From: Pseudonocardiales bacterium
Lineage (GTDB): Bacteria; Actinomycetota; Actinomycetes; Mycobacteriales; Pseudonocardiaceae
DNA: 64,000 bases
Assembly: GCA_019241525.1 (NCBI GenBank)
Contig: JAFAWY010000118.1
Coordinates: 47 to 64,046, forward strand
Reading direction: 5' to 3'
Shown in pieces: positions 1-9,697 of this stretch. A program made the position numbers and the translations under genes. Every line of letters begins with the position of its first letter. Position 1 is the first letter of the stretch. The notes beneath the pieces were generated by a model that saw nothing but the letters and a program-made list of their open reading frames with translations, had not been told where the DNA came from and did no database searches.

Positions 1-95
1 CGGTGTCGCAACAGATCAGGGTGGCCCTGCGCCCGCTCGGCGGGCTCCAGGGCGCGGGGCTGGCCGCGACTCTGCCATTGGGTGCGTCCGGATGA
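1..95 (+). CDS. 3' end of an unidentified CDS entering from upstream of the window
   Basis: Frame 3 is open from the window edge (..QQIRVALRPLGGLQGAGLAATLPLGASG*). Its TGA at 93-95 overlaps the ATG at 92 (ATGA coupling). Confidence 0.4.
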   Translation, partial: VSQQIRVALRPLGGLQGAGLAATLPLGASG

Positions 96-820
96 GAAGA
101 AGCTTGACCAGCATCAGCGGCAGCGCAGCAACGACGGTCGCGCCCGAGTTCCTCGTCACGCCCGACCTTCTCGACGCGATCAGCCCCCCGGGCGACTCCG
201 GGGGCATGGTGCTCGGTTGCAGCAACGACAGTGAACCGCTGAGCGTGTCTGTGCTGCGGCCGCAGCCCACCCGGCTGGTCGTCGTTGGTGGCCTCTACCT
301 GGCGCGCCACATAGCGCTGCGGGCAATGGCCGCCGGCGCCTGGTTGGTGATCGCCACCGGGCGGCCCGCCGCCTGGCAGGTGCTGAGCCAGGCTGCCGGA
401 CATGGGCCCGGCGGGCGCCCCGTCCCGGTGGTGCAGGTGCGCCCACTGGTGCCGGCCGAGCTGCCGCGGGCCTCACAGGATGCTCCGCTGCTGGTCGTGC
501 ACGACGCAGGCGCGGTACCGCAGGAGCTGTTTCCCCCACGTTCGCCCTGGCAGACCACCCTGTACGTGCTGCCTTACCTGCACGCGCAAGCCAGCGACAT
601 CGCCATCAACGCCGACCTGGTGCTGCTCGCGCGACTCCTGGCCGAGCAGACCCAGCTCGCCGCTGAAATATGGCAACTGCCCGCATCGATGGCTGTCCAG
701 CTGGCAACGTTGCCGGACGACGGTGTGGTCGCGTTGGCTCCCAACCTATGGTTACCAATGCGCCTGGTCACCACCCCCGCAGAACACGACATCCTCGGCC
801 CCATCCGCAACGGCGACTAA
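92..820 (+). CDS. hypothetical protein (242 aa), no signal peptide or TM segment
   Basis: Long ORF, ATGA-coupled to the upstream CDS, with coding-like Ala/Leu/Val/Pro composition. Strand-like LVVVGG and LLVVHDAG stretches but no Walker A motif. Confidence 0.6.
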   Translation: MRRSLTSISGSAATTVAPEFLVTPDLLDAISPPGDSGGMVLGCSNDSEPLSVSVLRPQPTRLVVVGGLYLARHIALRAMAAGAWLVIATGRPAAWQVLSQAAGHGPGGRPVPVVQVRPLVPAELPRASQDAPLLVVHDAGAVPQELFPPRSPWQTTLYVLPYLHAQASDIAINADLVLLARLLAEQTQLAAEIWQLPASMAVQLATLPDDGVVALAPNLWLPMRLVTTPAEHDILGPIRNGD

Positions 821-824
821 CCCG

Positions 825-903
825 CCCGGTGTGTCGCGCTCTGGTACCCGGTGTGTCGCGCTCTGATGCCCGATGTGTCGCGGTCAGGTGCCCGGCGTGC
901 CAG
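825..903 (+). repeat. 22-bp tandem repeat array (about 3.5 units, CCCGGTGTGTCGCGCTCTG + 3 nt), family member 1
   Basis: Identical units at 825-843 and 847-865, a diverged unit at 869-887 and a partial unit at 891-903. The array begins 5 nt after the TAA of the 92..820 CDS. Confidence 0.9.
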
Positions 904-946
904 ATTCCGATCAGGCCTGTCCGTGCCGGTCCCGATGGCGCCGTTG

Positions 947-1618
947 TTATTGCGTCCCGTACTCGTCGCGCTTACGCGGCCATCCGTCGAAATGGGTGCC
1001 CCGGCCCTTCGGCGCGCGATCGAGCAATTGCCAGGTGGCGTTCAGCGCCTCGGTGCCACGGTCGTAGGTCGAGTAGGCGTGGTAGACGACGCCGTCTTCG
1101 AGCGCGAAGGCGCTCAGCGCCATCAGCTCCATCACGTCGAGCATGTTGCCCGGACGGCGCGGCGTGGAGACATGCATGATCTCGTAGAAGTCCCTGTCGA
1201 AGGCGTCTTCGCACGACACCCACTCAATCTCCCAGCCCATTCGCGCCTTGTAGGCGTTGAGCACCTCAAGCGGCGAGCGGGAGGCAAGGATGAAAGTCAC
1301 GTCGCGGTGCGCAAGATGGGAAACGGCGCCGACGAGGTTATCGGTCTCAAACGTACAACCGGCACAGCCCGCGGGTGTCTTGGGCCCGTGCATGAAATGG
1401 CGCACGAGTAGCTGCGAACGCCCGTCGAACAGCTCAGTGAGCGTCTTGATGCCGTCGTTGGTTTCGAAGCGGTACTCCTGTTCCACCGGCACCCACGGCA
1501 AGGCCTGCCGCTTGCGCGCCAGTTCCTCGTTGCGACGCGTGAGGTCCTTTTCCTCGATGCGTAGTTGGCGGTAAGCGGCGGCCCACTGCTCGCGCGTCCC
1601 GACCCGATGCGATGGCAT
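947..1618 (-). CDS. DUF899 thioredoxin-like family protein
   Basis: 223-aa ORF. The N-terminus (REQWAAAYRQLRIEEKDLTRRNEELARKRQALPWV) and the ..LLVRHFMHGP..GCAGC.. core are typical of DUF899. Confidence 0.85.
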   Translation of the reverse strand: MPSHRVGTREQWAAAYRQLRIEEKDLTRRNEELARKRQALPWVPVEQEYRFETNDGIKTLTELFDGRSQLLVRHFMHGPKTPAGCAGCTFETDNLVGAVSHLAHRDVTFILASRSPLEVLNAYKARMGWEIEWVSCEDAFDRDFYEIMHVSTPRRPGNMLDVMELMALSAFALEDGVVYHAYSTYDRGTEALNATWQLLDRAPKGRGTHFDGWPRKRDEYGTQ

Positions 1619-1977
1619 GGATGACCTCCTCTGGTTCCCTCGGTCACTCCAGGTACTGACTCACAGGTGGGTTAGAAATCATCTGTGAAGCGGCACGATT
1701 CGCCGCCGACAGCCCGCACGACTTTTCCGGGCACTCCACTCATGACCGCTGGCAACCGTGGACGCCTGCTTACTGAGGAAGTCGGACACCTCACACGAGG
1801 CGCGGGTGGCAGCCGACGAGTTTTCCTGCGCGGCGGGGTCTGTACTGCTAGATGCACGAGCTGCGGTTACTACGCCCGGAGAGGTCACGATGCCGAACGA
1901 CATTCTCAGTGCCACCGTCACCATCAGTGCGCAGCCCAGAGCGTGTGGGGGGAAGGTTTGGTGACGGAGTGGCCAGC

Positions 1978-2643
1978 GTGTTCGTGTTGATTCCCGGAGC
2001 CGGTGGAGCGGCGTGGTACTGGCACCGGGTGGTACCCGAATTGCAGGCACGTGGCGTTGAGGCGGTGGCTGTGGATCTGCCCGGCGCTGACCCGTCCGCT
2101 GGGCTGGCGGAGTACACAGACATAGTGGTTGCCGCGATCGGCAACCGGACGTCGGTGCTGGTGGCGCAGTCTCTGGGTGGCTTCACTGCACCGATGGTCT
2201 GTGCTCGCGCTGCGGTGGCGGCGCTGGTGCTGGTCAATGCCATGATCCCATTGCCCGGTGAGACGCCCGGCCAATGGTGGAATAGCACCGCAGCACCTCA
2301 GGCCCGCGCGGAAGCGGCCCAAGCGGCGGGGTACTCCGTCGAGTTCGACCCGCAGACCTACTTCTTGCACGATGTGCCCGCCGAGATCGCCGCCGCCGGC
2401 GCGGCGCACCAGCGACCCGAAGCCGATATCGTGTTCGGCCAGCCATGCCGCATTGAGCGCTGGCCGCAGGTGCCCACGCATGTCCTTGCTGGCGCTGGGG
2501 ATCGGTTCTTCCCCTTGAGCTTCCAACGCCGCGTGGCACGAGAGCGCCTGGGTAGTGATGCCGTCGAGATACCGGGCGGTCACCTGGTCGCGCTGTCGCG
2601 CCCCATCGATCTCGTCGACCAACTGATCAAGTACGTGAAGTAA
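1978..2643 (+). CDS. alpha/beta hydrolase (methylesterase/SABP2-like)
   Basis: VFVLIPGAGGAAWYWHRV N-terminus and nucleophile elbow AQSLGG. The track start at 1852 adds an implausible Arg/Ser-rich leader; GTG 1978 (or 1969) fits family N-termini. Confidence 0.8.
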   Translation: MFVLIPGAGGAAWYWHRVVPELQARGVEAVAVDLPGADPSAGLAEYTDIVVAAIGNRTSVLVAQSLGGFTAPMVCARAAVAALVLVNAMIPLPGETPGQWWNSTAAPQARAEAAQAAGYSVEFDPQTYFLHDVPAEIAAAGAAHQRPEADIVFGQPCRIERWPQVPTHVLAGAGDRFFPLSFQRRVARERLGSDAVEIPGGHLVALSRPIDLVDQLIKYVK

Positions 2644-2780
2644 GCACGACAGGCACACTCCGTACCATCCCGGAAGCGGGATTCCCCACCGAACGGGCTC
2701 GCAGCGGCCGCCCGAGGGCTATTTTCGCGGCTCCGGAGCTGCAACGGTTGATCTGAGACTGCGGCGTTGGCAGTGCCGGG

Positions 2781-3620
2781 TCAATGAGCGAGGCTGCGCA
2801 ACGCACGAGTCTGCTGCGCGCGGGCTGCTAGCTGGTCGTCGGCGGGATAGTCGACAGCCACCAGCGTGAGACCGTGCGGGGCAGCGACGGTTATCTCCGA
2901 GGTCCGGGTGGTGCTGTGCAGCAAGCTCGCGGGCCAGTCGGGCCTGCGCCGGCCCTCCCCCACCGCGAGCAACGCACCGACCAGGCTGCGCACCATGGAA
3001 TGGCAAAACGCGTCCGCTGCGACATGAGCCGCCAGCATATGTGGTTCGTCACGGATCCATTCCAGGCGTTCGAGTGCGCGTATCGTCGATGCGCCCGCGC
3101 GGTGACGGCAAAATGCGGCGAAATCGTGCTCGCCCAGCAACAGTGTGCTTGCCGTATTCATGGCCGTTTCGTCGAGAGGTCGGTAATGGGCGAGCGTGTC
3201 GTACCGGCGCAGCGGATCGACTCCCCACGGCGCATCACACACGCGGTAGCGGTAATGGCGCCGCAGCGCAGAAAAGCGTGCATCGAAGCTGCTTGGCACC
3301 CGCCGCACTGCGGGAACCCGCAGATCTGGTGCAAGCAGCCGCGCCAACCGGTGTACCAGCTGCTCGGGGGCTAGCGCATCGGGCGGCACGTCGAGGTGCG
3401 CGACCTGCCCGGTGGCGTGCACCCCCGCATCGGTCCGCCCGGCGACGGTCAGGGCGGCTGGCAACCGGGTCACGACGGACAGCGCCGCTTCCAGCTCGCC
3501 CTGCACGGTACGGCGTCCCGGCTGGCGAGCCCATCCGGAAAATCCCGTGCCGTCGTAGCGAATATCCAGGCGATAGCGCAGGAGCCCGCCATCCCCAGAC
3601 CGGGCGGCGGGCTCCTGCAC
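2781..3620 (-). CDS. truA: tRNA pseudouridine(38-40) synthase TruA
   Basis: [21 protein letters not shown] and [19 protein letters not shown] motifs. Lies immediately downstream of rplQ, as in mycobacteria. Confidence 0.95.
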   Translation of the reverse strand: MQEPAARSGDGGLLRYRLDIRYDGTGFSGWARQPGRRTVQGELEAALSVVTRLPAALTVAGRTDAGVHATGQVAHLDVPPDALAPEQLVHRLARLLAPDLRVPAVRRVPSSFDARFSALRRHYRYRVCDAPWGVDPLRRYDTLAHYRPLDETAMNTASTLLLGEHDFAAFCRHRAGASTIRALERLEWIRDEPHMLAAHVAADAFCHSMVRSLVGALLAVGEGRRRPDWPASLLHSTTRTSEITVAAPHGLTLVAVDYPADDQLAARAQQTRALRSLAH

Positions 3621-3634
3621 TGCTGTACTCGGGG

Positions 3635-4183
3635 TCAGGATTCGGCCTCGGCCTCCGGCTTGCCTGCAGCCTCAGCCGGCGAGTCTGCCGGGGCATCGGC
3701 GTCCGGGGCAGTGGTCTGGTCGGCGCCGGTCGGCTCAGCCGGCGATGAGGCTTGGGCAGCCGGTGATTGCCCTGGCTGGCGGCCCTTCAGAGCACGCCGC
3801 TTGACCTCTTCGACTTCCGCCGCGGTGCGTTCAGTGACCAACGCGATGATCGCCATCGGCGCGTTGTCACCCTTGCGCGGCACGGTCTTGACAATCCGGG
3901 TGTAGCCACCGTCCCGGCCGGCGAACTGCGGGCCGATCTCCGCGACCAGCTTGTGCACCACGTCCTTGTCCCGGATCACCCGCATGATCTCCCGGCGGTT
4001 GTGCAAATCCGCCCGGCGAGCCTTGGTGATCAGCCGCTCGGCAAACGGGCGTAGCCGCTTCGCCTTCGCCTCGGTGGTGGTGATCCGGCCGTGGGTGAAC
4101 AGCGAGGTCGCCAGGTTGGCCAGCATCAGACGTTCATGGGCCGGCGACCCACCGAGCCGGGCACCCTTGGTCGGCGTGGGCAT
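3635..4183 (-). CDS. rplQ: 50S ribosomal protein L17 with Ala/Pro/Glu-rich C-terminal tail
   Basis: [46 protein letters not shown]. Confidence 0.97.
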   Translation of the reverse strand: MPTPTKGARLGGSPAHERLMLANLATSLFTHGRITTTEAKAKRLRPFAERLITKARRADLHNRREIMRVIRDKDVVHKLVAEIGPQFAGRDGGYTRIVKTVPRKGDNAPMAIIALVTERTAAEVEEVKRRALKGRQPGQSPAAQASSPAEPTGADQTTAPDADAPADSPAEAAGKPEAEAES

Positions 4184-4252
4184 TTTCGCTCCCTTCGGTC
4201 ACCCCGGGTGGAGGGATGTGAGCTAGCACGTCACATCCCTCCACCCAGGCAG

Positions 4253-5329
4253 CTATAGCTGCTCTGTCTCGGCGTAGTCGTGGCCGTCGTCAGGGCCGTA
4301 GTCGGTGTTGTTGTCGATGCCGTTGTCGCTGGACTCGCCACCCCACCCGTCGATGGAGTACTCGGCCGCCACCGATGACGGGTCAAACCCGGGCGGGCTG
4401 TCCTTGAGCTGCAGGCCCAGACCAGCCAGCTTCAGCTTCACCTCGTCGATCGACTTGGCACCGAAGTTACGGATGTCGAGCAGGTCGGCCTCGCTGCGGC
4501 TGACCAGCTCACCGACGGTGTGGATGCCCTCCCGCTTGAGGCAGTTGTAGGACCGCACGGTCAGATCCAGGTCCTCGATGGGCATGGCGAAGGCGGCGAT
4601 GGTGTCCGCCTCGGCCGGCGACGGGCCAATCTCGATGCCCTCGGCGTCCACATTGAGCTCGCGGGCCAGGCCGAACAGCTCGACCAGAGTGCGGCCCGCC
4701 GAAGCCAGCGCGTCCCGGGGGGTGATCGACGGCTTGGTCTCCACGTCCAAGATCAGCTTGTCGAAGTCGGTGCGCTGCTCGACCCGGGTGGCCTCGACCT
4801 TGTAGGTCACCTTCAGCACCGGCGAGTAAATGGAGTCCACCGGGATCCGGCCGATCTCGGCACCGGAGGCTTTGTTCTGCACTGCCGGTACGTAGCCGCG
4901 GCCACGTTCCACGACCAGCTCGATCTCCAGCTTGCCTTTGCCGTTCAACGTGGCGATGTGCAGATCGGGGTTGTACACGGTGACGCCGGCCGGCGGCACG
5001 ATGTCGCCCGCGGTGACGTCACCCGGGCCCTGCTTGCGTAGGTACATCGTCACCGGCTCGTCCTCCTCGGAGCCGACCACGAGCTCCTTGAGGTTGAGGA
5101 TGATGTCGGTGACATCTTCCTTGACCCCGGGGACGGTGGTGAACTCGTGGAGCACCCCGTCGATGCGGATGCTGGTGACCGCGGCCCCAGGAATGGACGA
5201 CAGCAGGGTACGGCGCAGGGAGTTACCCAGGGTGTAGCCGAATCCCGGCTCCAGTGGCTCGATAACGAACCGGGAACGGGTGAAATCGATCGGTTCCTCA
5301 GTGAGGTTCGGCCGCTGAGTGATCAACAT
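4253..5329 (-). CDS. rpoA: DNA-directed RNA polymerase subunit alpha
   Basis: [55 protein letters not shown] is near-identical to mycobacterial RpoA. ATG at 5329 is preceded by GAGGAGGA; the track start at 5368 adds 13 non-conserved residues. Confidence 0.97.
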   Translation of the reverse strand: MLITQRPNLTEEPIDFTRSRFVIEPLEPGFGYTLGNSLRRTLLSSIPGAAVTSIRIDGVLHEFTTVPGVKEDVTDIILNLKELVVGSEEDEPVTMYLRKQGPGDVTAGDIVPPAGVTVYNPDLHIATLNGKGKLEIELVVERGRGYVPAVQNKASGAEIGRIPVDSIYSPVLKVTYKVEATRVEQRTDFDKLILDVETKPSITPRDALASAGRTLVELFGLARELNVDAEGIEIGPSPAEADTIAAFAMPIEDLDLTVRSYNCLKREGIHTVGELVSRSEADLLDIRNFGAKSIDEVKLKLAGLGLQLKDSPPGFDPSSVAAEYSIDGWGGESSDNGIDNNTDYGPDDGHDYAETEQL

Positions 5330-5458
5330 TACTGAACAGTCCTCCTCTGGGTGCCCGCTATTTGACACCCATTCGGTTCTGCTCCCGAGTATGGAGACAT
5401 CTCGGGTCGCAGAGGGGTTGCCAAGCCCGATATGTGTCCATATCGGGCTTGCCGGGGG

Positions 5459-6064
5459 TTATCTGGAGTAGAGCTCGACGATCAGTTGTTCCTGGATGGG
5501 TACGTCGATCTGGCCCCGCTCGGGTAGGCGGTGCACCAGAACGCGCAACGTGGTGGGAACCACCTGGAGCCACGCCGGTATCGGGCGGTCTCCCAAGGTT
5601 TCCTTGGCCACCACGAACGGAAGCGTCGGCAACGACTTCGGTCTGATGTCGATGATGTCGAACTTCGCCACGCGGTAGCTGGGAACGTCGACCTTGACGC
5701 CGTTGACCAGGAAATGCCCGTGGGTCACCAGCTGGCGGGCCTGGCGCCGGGTGCGGGCCAGCCCAGCCCGGTAGATGACGTTGTCCAGGCGGGATTCCAG
5801 AATCTGCAGCAGCGTGTCACCAGTCTTGCCGGGACGCCGGTTGGCCTCCTCGTAGTAACGGTGGAACTGCTTTTCCATGACGCCGTAGGTGAAGCGAGCT
5901 TTCTGCTTTTCCTGCATCTGCAGCAGGTACTCGCTTTCCTTGATGCGGGCGCGGCCGTGCTGACCAGGTGGGTAAGGCCGGCGCTCGAAAGCCTGGTCGC
6001 CGCCGACCAGGTCGGTCTTGAGCCGGCGGGACTTGCGGGTGACGGGTCCGGTGTACCGAGCCAT
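5459..6064 (-). CDS. rpsD: 30S ribosomal protein S4
   Basis: MARYTGPVTRKSRRL..YLLQMQEKQKARFTYGV. Confidence 0.97.
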   Translation of the reverse strand: MARYTGPVTRKSRRLKTDLVGGDQAFERRPYPPGQHGRARIKESEYLLQMQEKQKARFTYGVMEKQFHRYYEEANRRPGKTGDTLLQILESRLDNVIYRAGLARTRRQARQLVTHGHFLVNGVKVDVPSYRVAKFDIIDIRPKSLPTLPFVVAKETLGDRPIPAWLQVVPTTLRVLVHRLPERGQIDVPIQEQLIVELYSR

Positions 6065-6087
6065 CGCTTCAGCTTCTCCCTTCCGCC

Positions 6088-6495
6088 TCAGACCCGGCGC
6101 CGCTTGGGCGGCCGGCAGCCGTTATGCGGCTGCGGGGTCACGTCCTGGATGGTGCCGACCTCAAGGCCGGCAGCCTGCAACGATCGGATTGCCGTCTCCC
6201 GGCCGGAACCCGGCCCCTTCACGAAGACATCGACCTTTTTCATGCCGTGCTCGGCGGCTTTGCGGGCAGCATTCTCGGCGGCCATCTGCGCGGCGAACGG
6301 GGTGGACTTGCGGGACCCCTTGAACCCCACGTGACCGGCGGAAGCCCACGCGATGACCGCACCGGTGGGGTCAGTAATCGAGACGATCGTGTTGTTGAAC
6401 GTCGACTTGATGTGCGCATGGCCATGCGCGACGTTCTTCTTTTCCTTGCGCCGTACCTTCTTGACGCCGGTACCTGCGCGTGCTCTGGGTGGCAT
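6088..6495 (-). CDS. rpsK: 30S ribosomal protein S11
   Basis: ..[46 protein letters not shown].. Confidence 0.97.
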   Translation of the reverse strand: MPPRARAGTGVKKVRRKEKKNVAHGHAHIKSTFNNTIVSITDPTGAVIAWASAGHVGFKGSRKSTPFAAQMAAENAARKAAEHGMKKVDVFVKGPGSGRETAIRSLQAAGLEVGTIQDVTPQPHNGCRPPKRRRV

Positions 6496-6551
6496 GCGAT
6501 TGAACTCCTACAAAGGTCTTGGGCAGCTGTGTGACTGGGTTATTGCCGGTA

Positions 6552-6932
6552 CTACTTCTTCCCGGCCTTCTTCTTGCCGGCGACCGTCTTCTTCGGACCC
6601 TTGCGGGTGCGGGCGTTGGTCTTGGTCCGTTGACCGCGTACGGGCAGCCCGCGGCGCCACCGCAAGCCCTCGTAACAACCGATCTCGATCTTCCGGCGGA
6701 TGTCTGCCTGGACCTCGCGACGGAGGTCTCCCTCGACCTTGAGGTGCTCTTCGATGTAGTCCCGCAGCTTGACGAGGTCTTCGTCAGTGAGGTCTTTGGA
6801 ACGCAGATCGGGGCTGACCCCGGTGGCGTCGAGGATCTCGTGCGAACGGGTACGGCCGATACCGTAGATATAAGTCAGCGCGATCTCCATCCGCTTATCG
6901 CGGGGAAGATCGACGCCGGCGAGTCGTGCCAT
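6552..6932 (-). CDS. rpsM: 30S ribosomal protein S13
   Basis: [30 protein letters not shown]. Confidence 0.97.
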   Translation of the reverse strand: MARLAGVDLPRDKRMEIALTYIYGIGRTRSHEILDATGVSPDLRSKDLTDEDLVKLRDYIEEHLKVEGDLRREVQADIRRKIEIGCYEGLRWRRGLPVRGQRTKTNARTRKGPKKTVAGKKKAGKK

Positions 6933-7119
6933 GCGAGGCGGGTCTCCTCATCTCGTGTTCACCAGGTCTGCTCCCCGTCCGCCCCGCATGGCGGTGGCAC
7001 CGCCTACGGGCCCCGGCCTGGCTTCCGGGGGTTGACCGATCCTCCAGTGAATCGGGTGGTGCGGGGAGGTCATCTTGCGTCAGTCGATTGGCTTGTCAAT
7101 CAGCAAGGCCGTGCTCGGC

Positions 7120-7233
7120 TCACCCCTGCCGCTGCTTGTGGCGCAGGTTCTCACAGATCACCATCACCACACCGTGGCGGCGAATCACCTTGCACTTGTC
7201 GCAAATCTTCTTGACGCTCGGCTTTACCTTCAC
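7120..7233 (-). CDS. rpmJ: 50S ribosomal protein L36 (37 aa, GTG start)
   Basis: Hand translation of the minus strand gives (M)[42 protein letters not shown] lies upstream. Sits between infA and rpsM. Absent from the ORF track because it is under 60 aa. Confidence 0.93.
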   Translation of the reverse strand: MKVKPSVKKICDKCKVIRRHGVVMVICENLRHKQRQG

Positions 7234-7291
7234 GTCATCTCTCCTGGTCACGGGGCCGGGCCTGCGCCCCGGGCCGTTAGTTGTGGGGTGC

Positions 7292-7513
7292 TTACTTGTA
7301 GCGGTAGACGATGCGGCCTCGAGACAGATCGTAGGGCGACAGCTCTACGACCACCCGGTCCTCGGGCAGGATGCGGATGTAGTGCTGCCGCATCTTGCCG
7401 CTGATATGCGCCAGAACTCGATGACCGTTTTCCAACTCGACGCGGAACATCGCGTTGGGAAGTGGTTCCACCACCCGGCCCTCGACCTCAATCGCCCCAT
7501 CTTTCTTGGCCAT
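7292..7513 (-). CDS. infA: translation initiation factor IF-1
   Basis: [73 protein letters not shown]. Confidence 0.98.
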   Translation of the reverse strand: MAKKDGAIEVEGRVVEPLPNAMFRVELENGHRVLAHISGKMRQHYIRILPEDRVVVELSPYDLSRGRIVYRYK

Positions 7514-7781
7514 GTCCTCCGCTCACTTCACCGCTGGCTAGCAGCTTTGCCGCGACACAGGCACACGCCAGCTCCATGACGTGCGGGAGGCGAGTGCGGG
7601 AACGCACTGCTAAGCAGGGAAGCCCACGCAGATACCTGCAGACACGCTGGGACCAGCGCGGTGCTCGCGCCGTCTACATAGTTTACGTCGCGGTCAGTCC
7701 GGGTTCCAAACCGGCCCCCGATGTCGCTGATCACCCCGACCGAGTACCCGCTACGTGCCTGGTTACCAAGGCACTTGTCCT

Positions 7782-8240
7782 TCAACCATGCCGCCGGAAC
7801 AACCAGTTCACCAGCAACATCGCCCCCCACGGTCCGGCGACCCAGACCCACCACGGGTAGATCCAGCTCAATGTGGTCAGCGACACGATCGCCCAAATCG
7901 CCAGGTTGATCGCGCTGGCGCTCGCCCACGCCAGCACAGCTCCCCGGCCAGCCCGATGACGGTGTCGGCACTGACGCGACCGTCCCTCGGTGCGCGCTGC
8001 CGGTCCCGGCCGAGCCTGGCTTTGCGGGAGGTCCGCGGTGAGCGCTGCTAACTCGGCATACGTCCGCGCCGCCCACGCCTGCCCAACCCGCTCGTCATAC
8101 TCGGTCAAAGTCAGCCGACCCTCGTCGTGGGCCGACCGCAACTGCTCGGCAACACGTTCGCGATCGCTGTCGGCTGCTCGCATCCGGTCGCGGGCGGGCT
8201 GGTCGTCCACGACGCCCATCGGGCCGGTCACCTCGTCCAT
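7782..8240 (-). CDS. DUF1707 domain protein with C-terminal membrane region
   Basis: MRAADSDRERVAEQLRSAHDEGRLTLTEYDERV motif followed by a Trp-rich hydrophobic tail. Confidence 0.8.
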   Translation of the reverse strand: MDEVTGPMGVVDDQPARDRMRAADSDRERVAEQLRSAHDEGRLTLTEYDERVGQAWAARTYAELAALTADLPQSQARPGPAARTEGRSRQCRHRHRAGRGAVLAWASASAINLAIWAIVSLTTLSWIYPWWVWVAGPWGAMLLVNWLFRRHG

Positions 8241-8310
8241 GGGACAGCTCCTTCGACCCCTCGCCCCCGAACTATAACACCGTTATCGACAGTGCCGGAG
8301 CCAGCACGAA

Positions 8311-8376
8311 CCGCAGTCTGGATGCAGACTGCTGTTTTGGCAGCCCGAAAAACAGCACTCTGCATCCGGACTGCGG
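8311..8376. repeat. REP-like nested palindrome, full copy A
   Basis: The arm CCGCAGTCTGGATGCAGACTGCTGTTTT pairs with AAAACAGCACTCTGCATCCGGACTGCGG. Each arm is itself a hairpin (GCAGTCTG-GATG-CAGACTGC). Confidence 0.9.
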
Positions 8377-8405
8377 ATAAGGGGGACGGACGGGGTTCGG
8401 GCTCG

Positions 8406-9560
8406 CTAGGCCTTGACGGGTTCTGGTTCGGCGATCGGGTTCGAGCCGTGAATGGGGCCCTCAGCATCGGACAGCCGGGTCTGCGTGGCGCCACCCCCCC
8501 AACGCAGGGAGATGATCTCCCCGGCAATAGAAACCGCGGTCTCCTCCGGGGTACGGGCACCCAGGTCCAGTCCGATCGGCGATGCGATCTTCGCCAGTTG
8601 CTCGTCGGTGACACCGGCTTCGCGTAGCCGCCGCGTCCGGTCGTTATGCGTCCTGCGCGAGCCCATGGCGCCCAGGTAAGCCAGGTCCAGCTTCAGCGCC
8701 TCGACGATCACCGGCACATCGAATTTGGGATCGTGGGTGAGCACCGTGACGACGGTGCGGGGGTCGATCCGCTGCGCCTCAGCCTCAGCCTTCAGGTACC
8801 GGTGTGGCCAGTTCACCACAACCTCGTGCGCGTCCGGGAAGCGGCTCTTGGTGGCGAACACCGGCCGGGCGTCGCACACCGTGACGTGGTAACCGAGGAA
8901 CACACCGATCCGGGCCATCGCGGCGGCGAAGTCGATCGCGCCGAACACCAGCATCCGGGGTGGCGGTTGCATCGCGTTGACGAACACATCCATGCCTTCA
9001 CCGCGGCGCTGGCCGTCCGGGCCGTAGTGCAAGGTGGCCGTGCGCCCAGCGGCCAACGCGCCCCGGACGTCCTCAAGGACGGCCTCGTCGGCTTGGGTAG
9101 AGCCGACAGTCCCGGTGTGCCGGTCCATCCACACCACCATGCGCAACCCCAACCGTTCGACATCGGGGTGCGCGACCACGGTGGCCACCGCAACCGGCTC
9201 CTTCTTGGTCACCGATGCGGCCACGTCGTCCAGCTCGGGGAAGGTGACCGGGTCCACCTTCTCGACGAACACGTCGATGATGCCGCCGCAGGTCAGGCCA
9301 ACGGCGAACGCGTCGTCGTCGGACACGCCGTAGCGCTGGAGCACGGGTGTGTTGTCCGCCAGCACCTGCTGGCCCAGTTCAAAGACCGCACCCTCGACGC
9401 AGCCCCCGGAGACGCTGCCGACGGCCCGCTCATCCGAGGTCACCAGCATGGAAGCGCCAGCCGGGCGTGGTGCCGAGCGGTAAGTGGACACCACCGTGCC
9501 TAGTGCAGTGGACTTACCTTCACGCCACTGCCCTACCAGTTCGTCCAGCACCTCGCGCAC
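8406..9560 (-). CDS. XdhC/CoxI family molybdoenzyme maturation protein
   Basis: ..ALGTVVSTYRSAPRPAGASMLV..GSVSGGCVEGAV.. N-domain plus a Rossmann-like C-domain (LVFGAIDFAAAMA). Confidence 0.85.
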   Translation of the reverse strand: MREVLDELVGQWREGKSTALGTVVSTYRSAPRPAGASMLVTSDERAVGSVSGGCVEGAVFELGQQVLADNTPVLQRYGVSDDDAFAVGLTCGGIIDVFVEKVDPVTFPELDDVAASVTKKEPVAVATVVAHPDVERLGLRMVVWMDRHTGTVGSTQADEAVLEDVRGALAAGRTATLHYGPDGQRRGEGMDVFVNAMQPPPRMLVFGAIDFAAAMARIGVFLGYHVTVCDARPVFATKSRFPDAHEVVVNWPHRYLKAEAEAQRIDPRTVVTVLTHDPKFDVPVIVEALKLDLAYLGAMGSRRTHNDRTRRLREAGVTDEQLAKIASPIGLDLGARTPEETAVSIAGEIISLRWGGGATQTRLSDAEGPIHGSNPIAEPEPVKA

Positions 9561-9697
9561 CGCGGACCCCTCCTCGTCGAGTATGGCCGAGCCATGCCGC
9601 CCCTGCTCAAGGGTATTCGGCCCGACCGGTCTTTGGGTTCTCTTACCGGCTTATATAAGAAAGACATCTCCATCGCTGAATCTGTTCCCCGCGACGA

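Noticed and set aside
825-903. Possibility that the short tandem arrays (also 21901-21962, 24883-24942, 30196-30258, 49424-49502) are CRISPR arrays
   Set aside because: The units abut each other with at most 3 nt between them, so there are no spacers. The units are 15-31 bp and there are no cas genes in the window.
5330-5368. Longer N-termini offered by the ORF track for rpoA, and likewise for psd (19954), thiG (47482), thiO (48626), thiE (48659), the desaturase (52101), glpX (58035), the MauE-like gene (37561), the Cys-rich protein (38450), the hydrolase (1852) and def (35486)
   Set aside because: The extensions are non-conserved and Arg/Pro/Ser-rich, and they overlap neighbouring genes or a riboswitch. 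Internal ATG or GTG codons with SD sites reproduce the family N-termini.
7514-7781. tRNA or other small RNA genes in the larger intergenic gaps (also 19726-20214, 46093-46241, 50391-50547, 63250-63511)
   Set aside because: I could find no GGTTCRANYC T-loop or cloverleaf by eye in any of them, and no rRNA-like sequence in the window. A tRNAscan/Infernal run would be needed to be certain.
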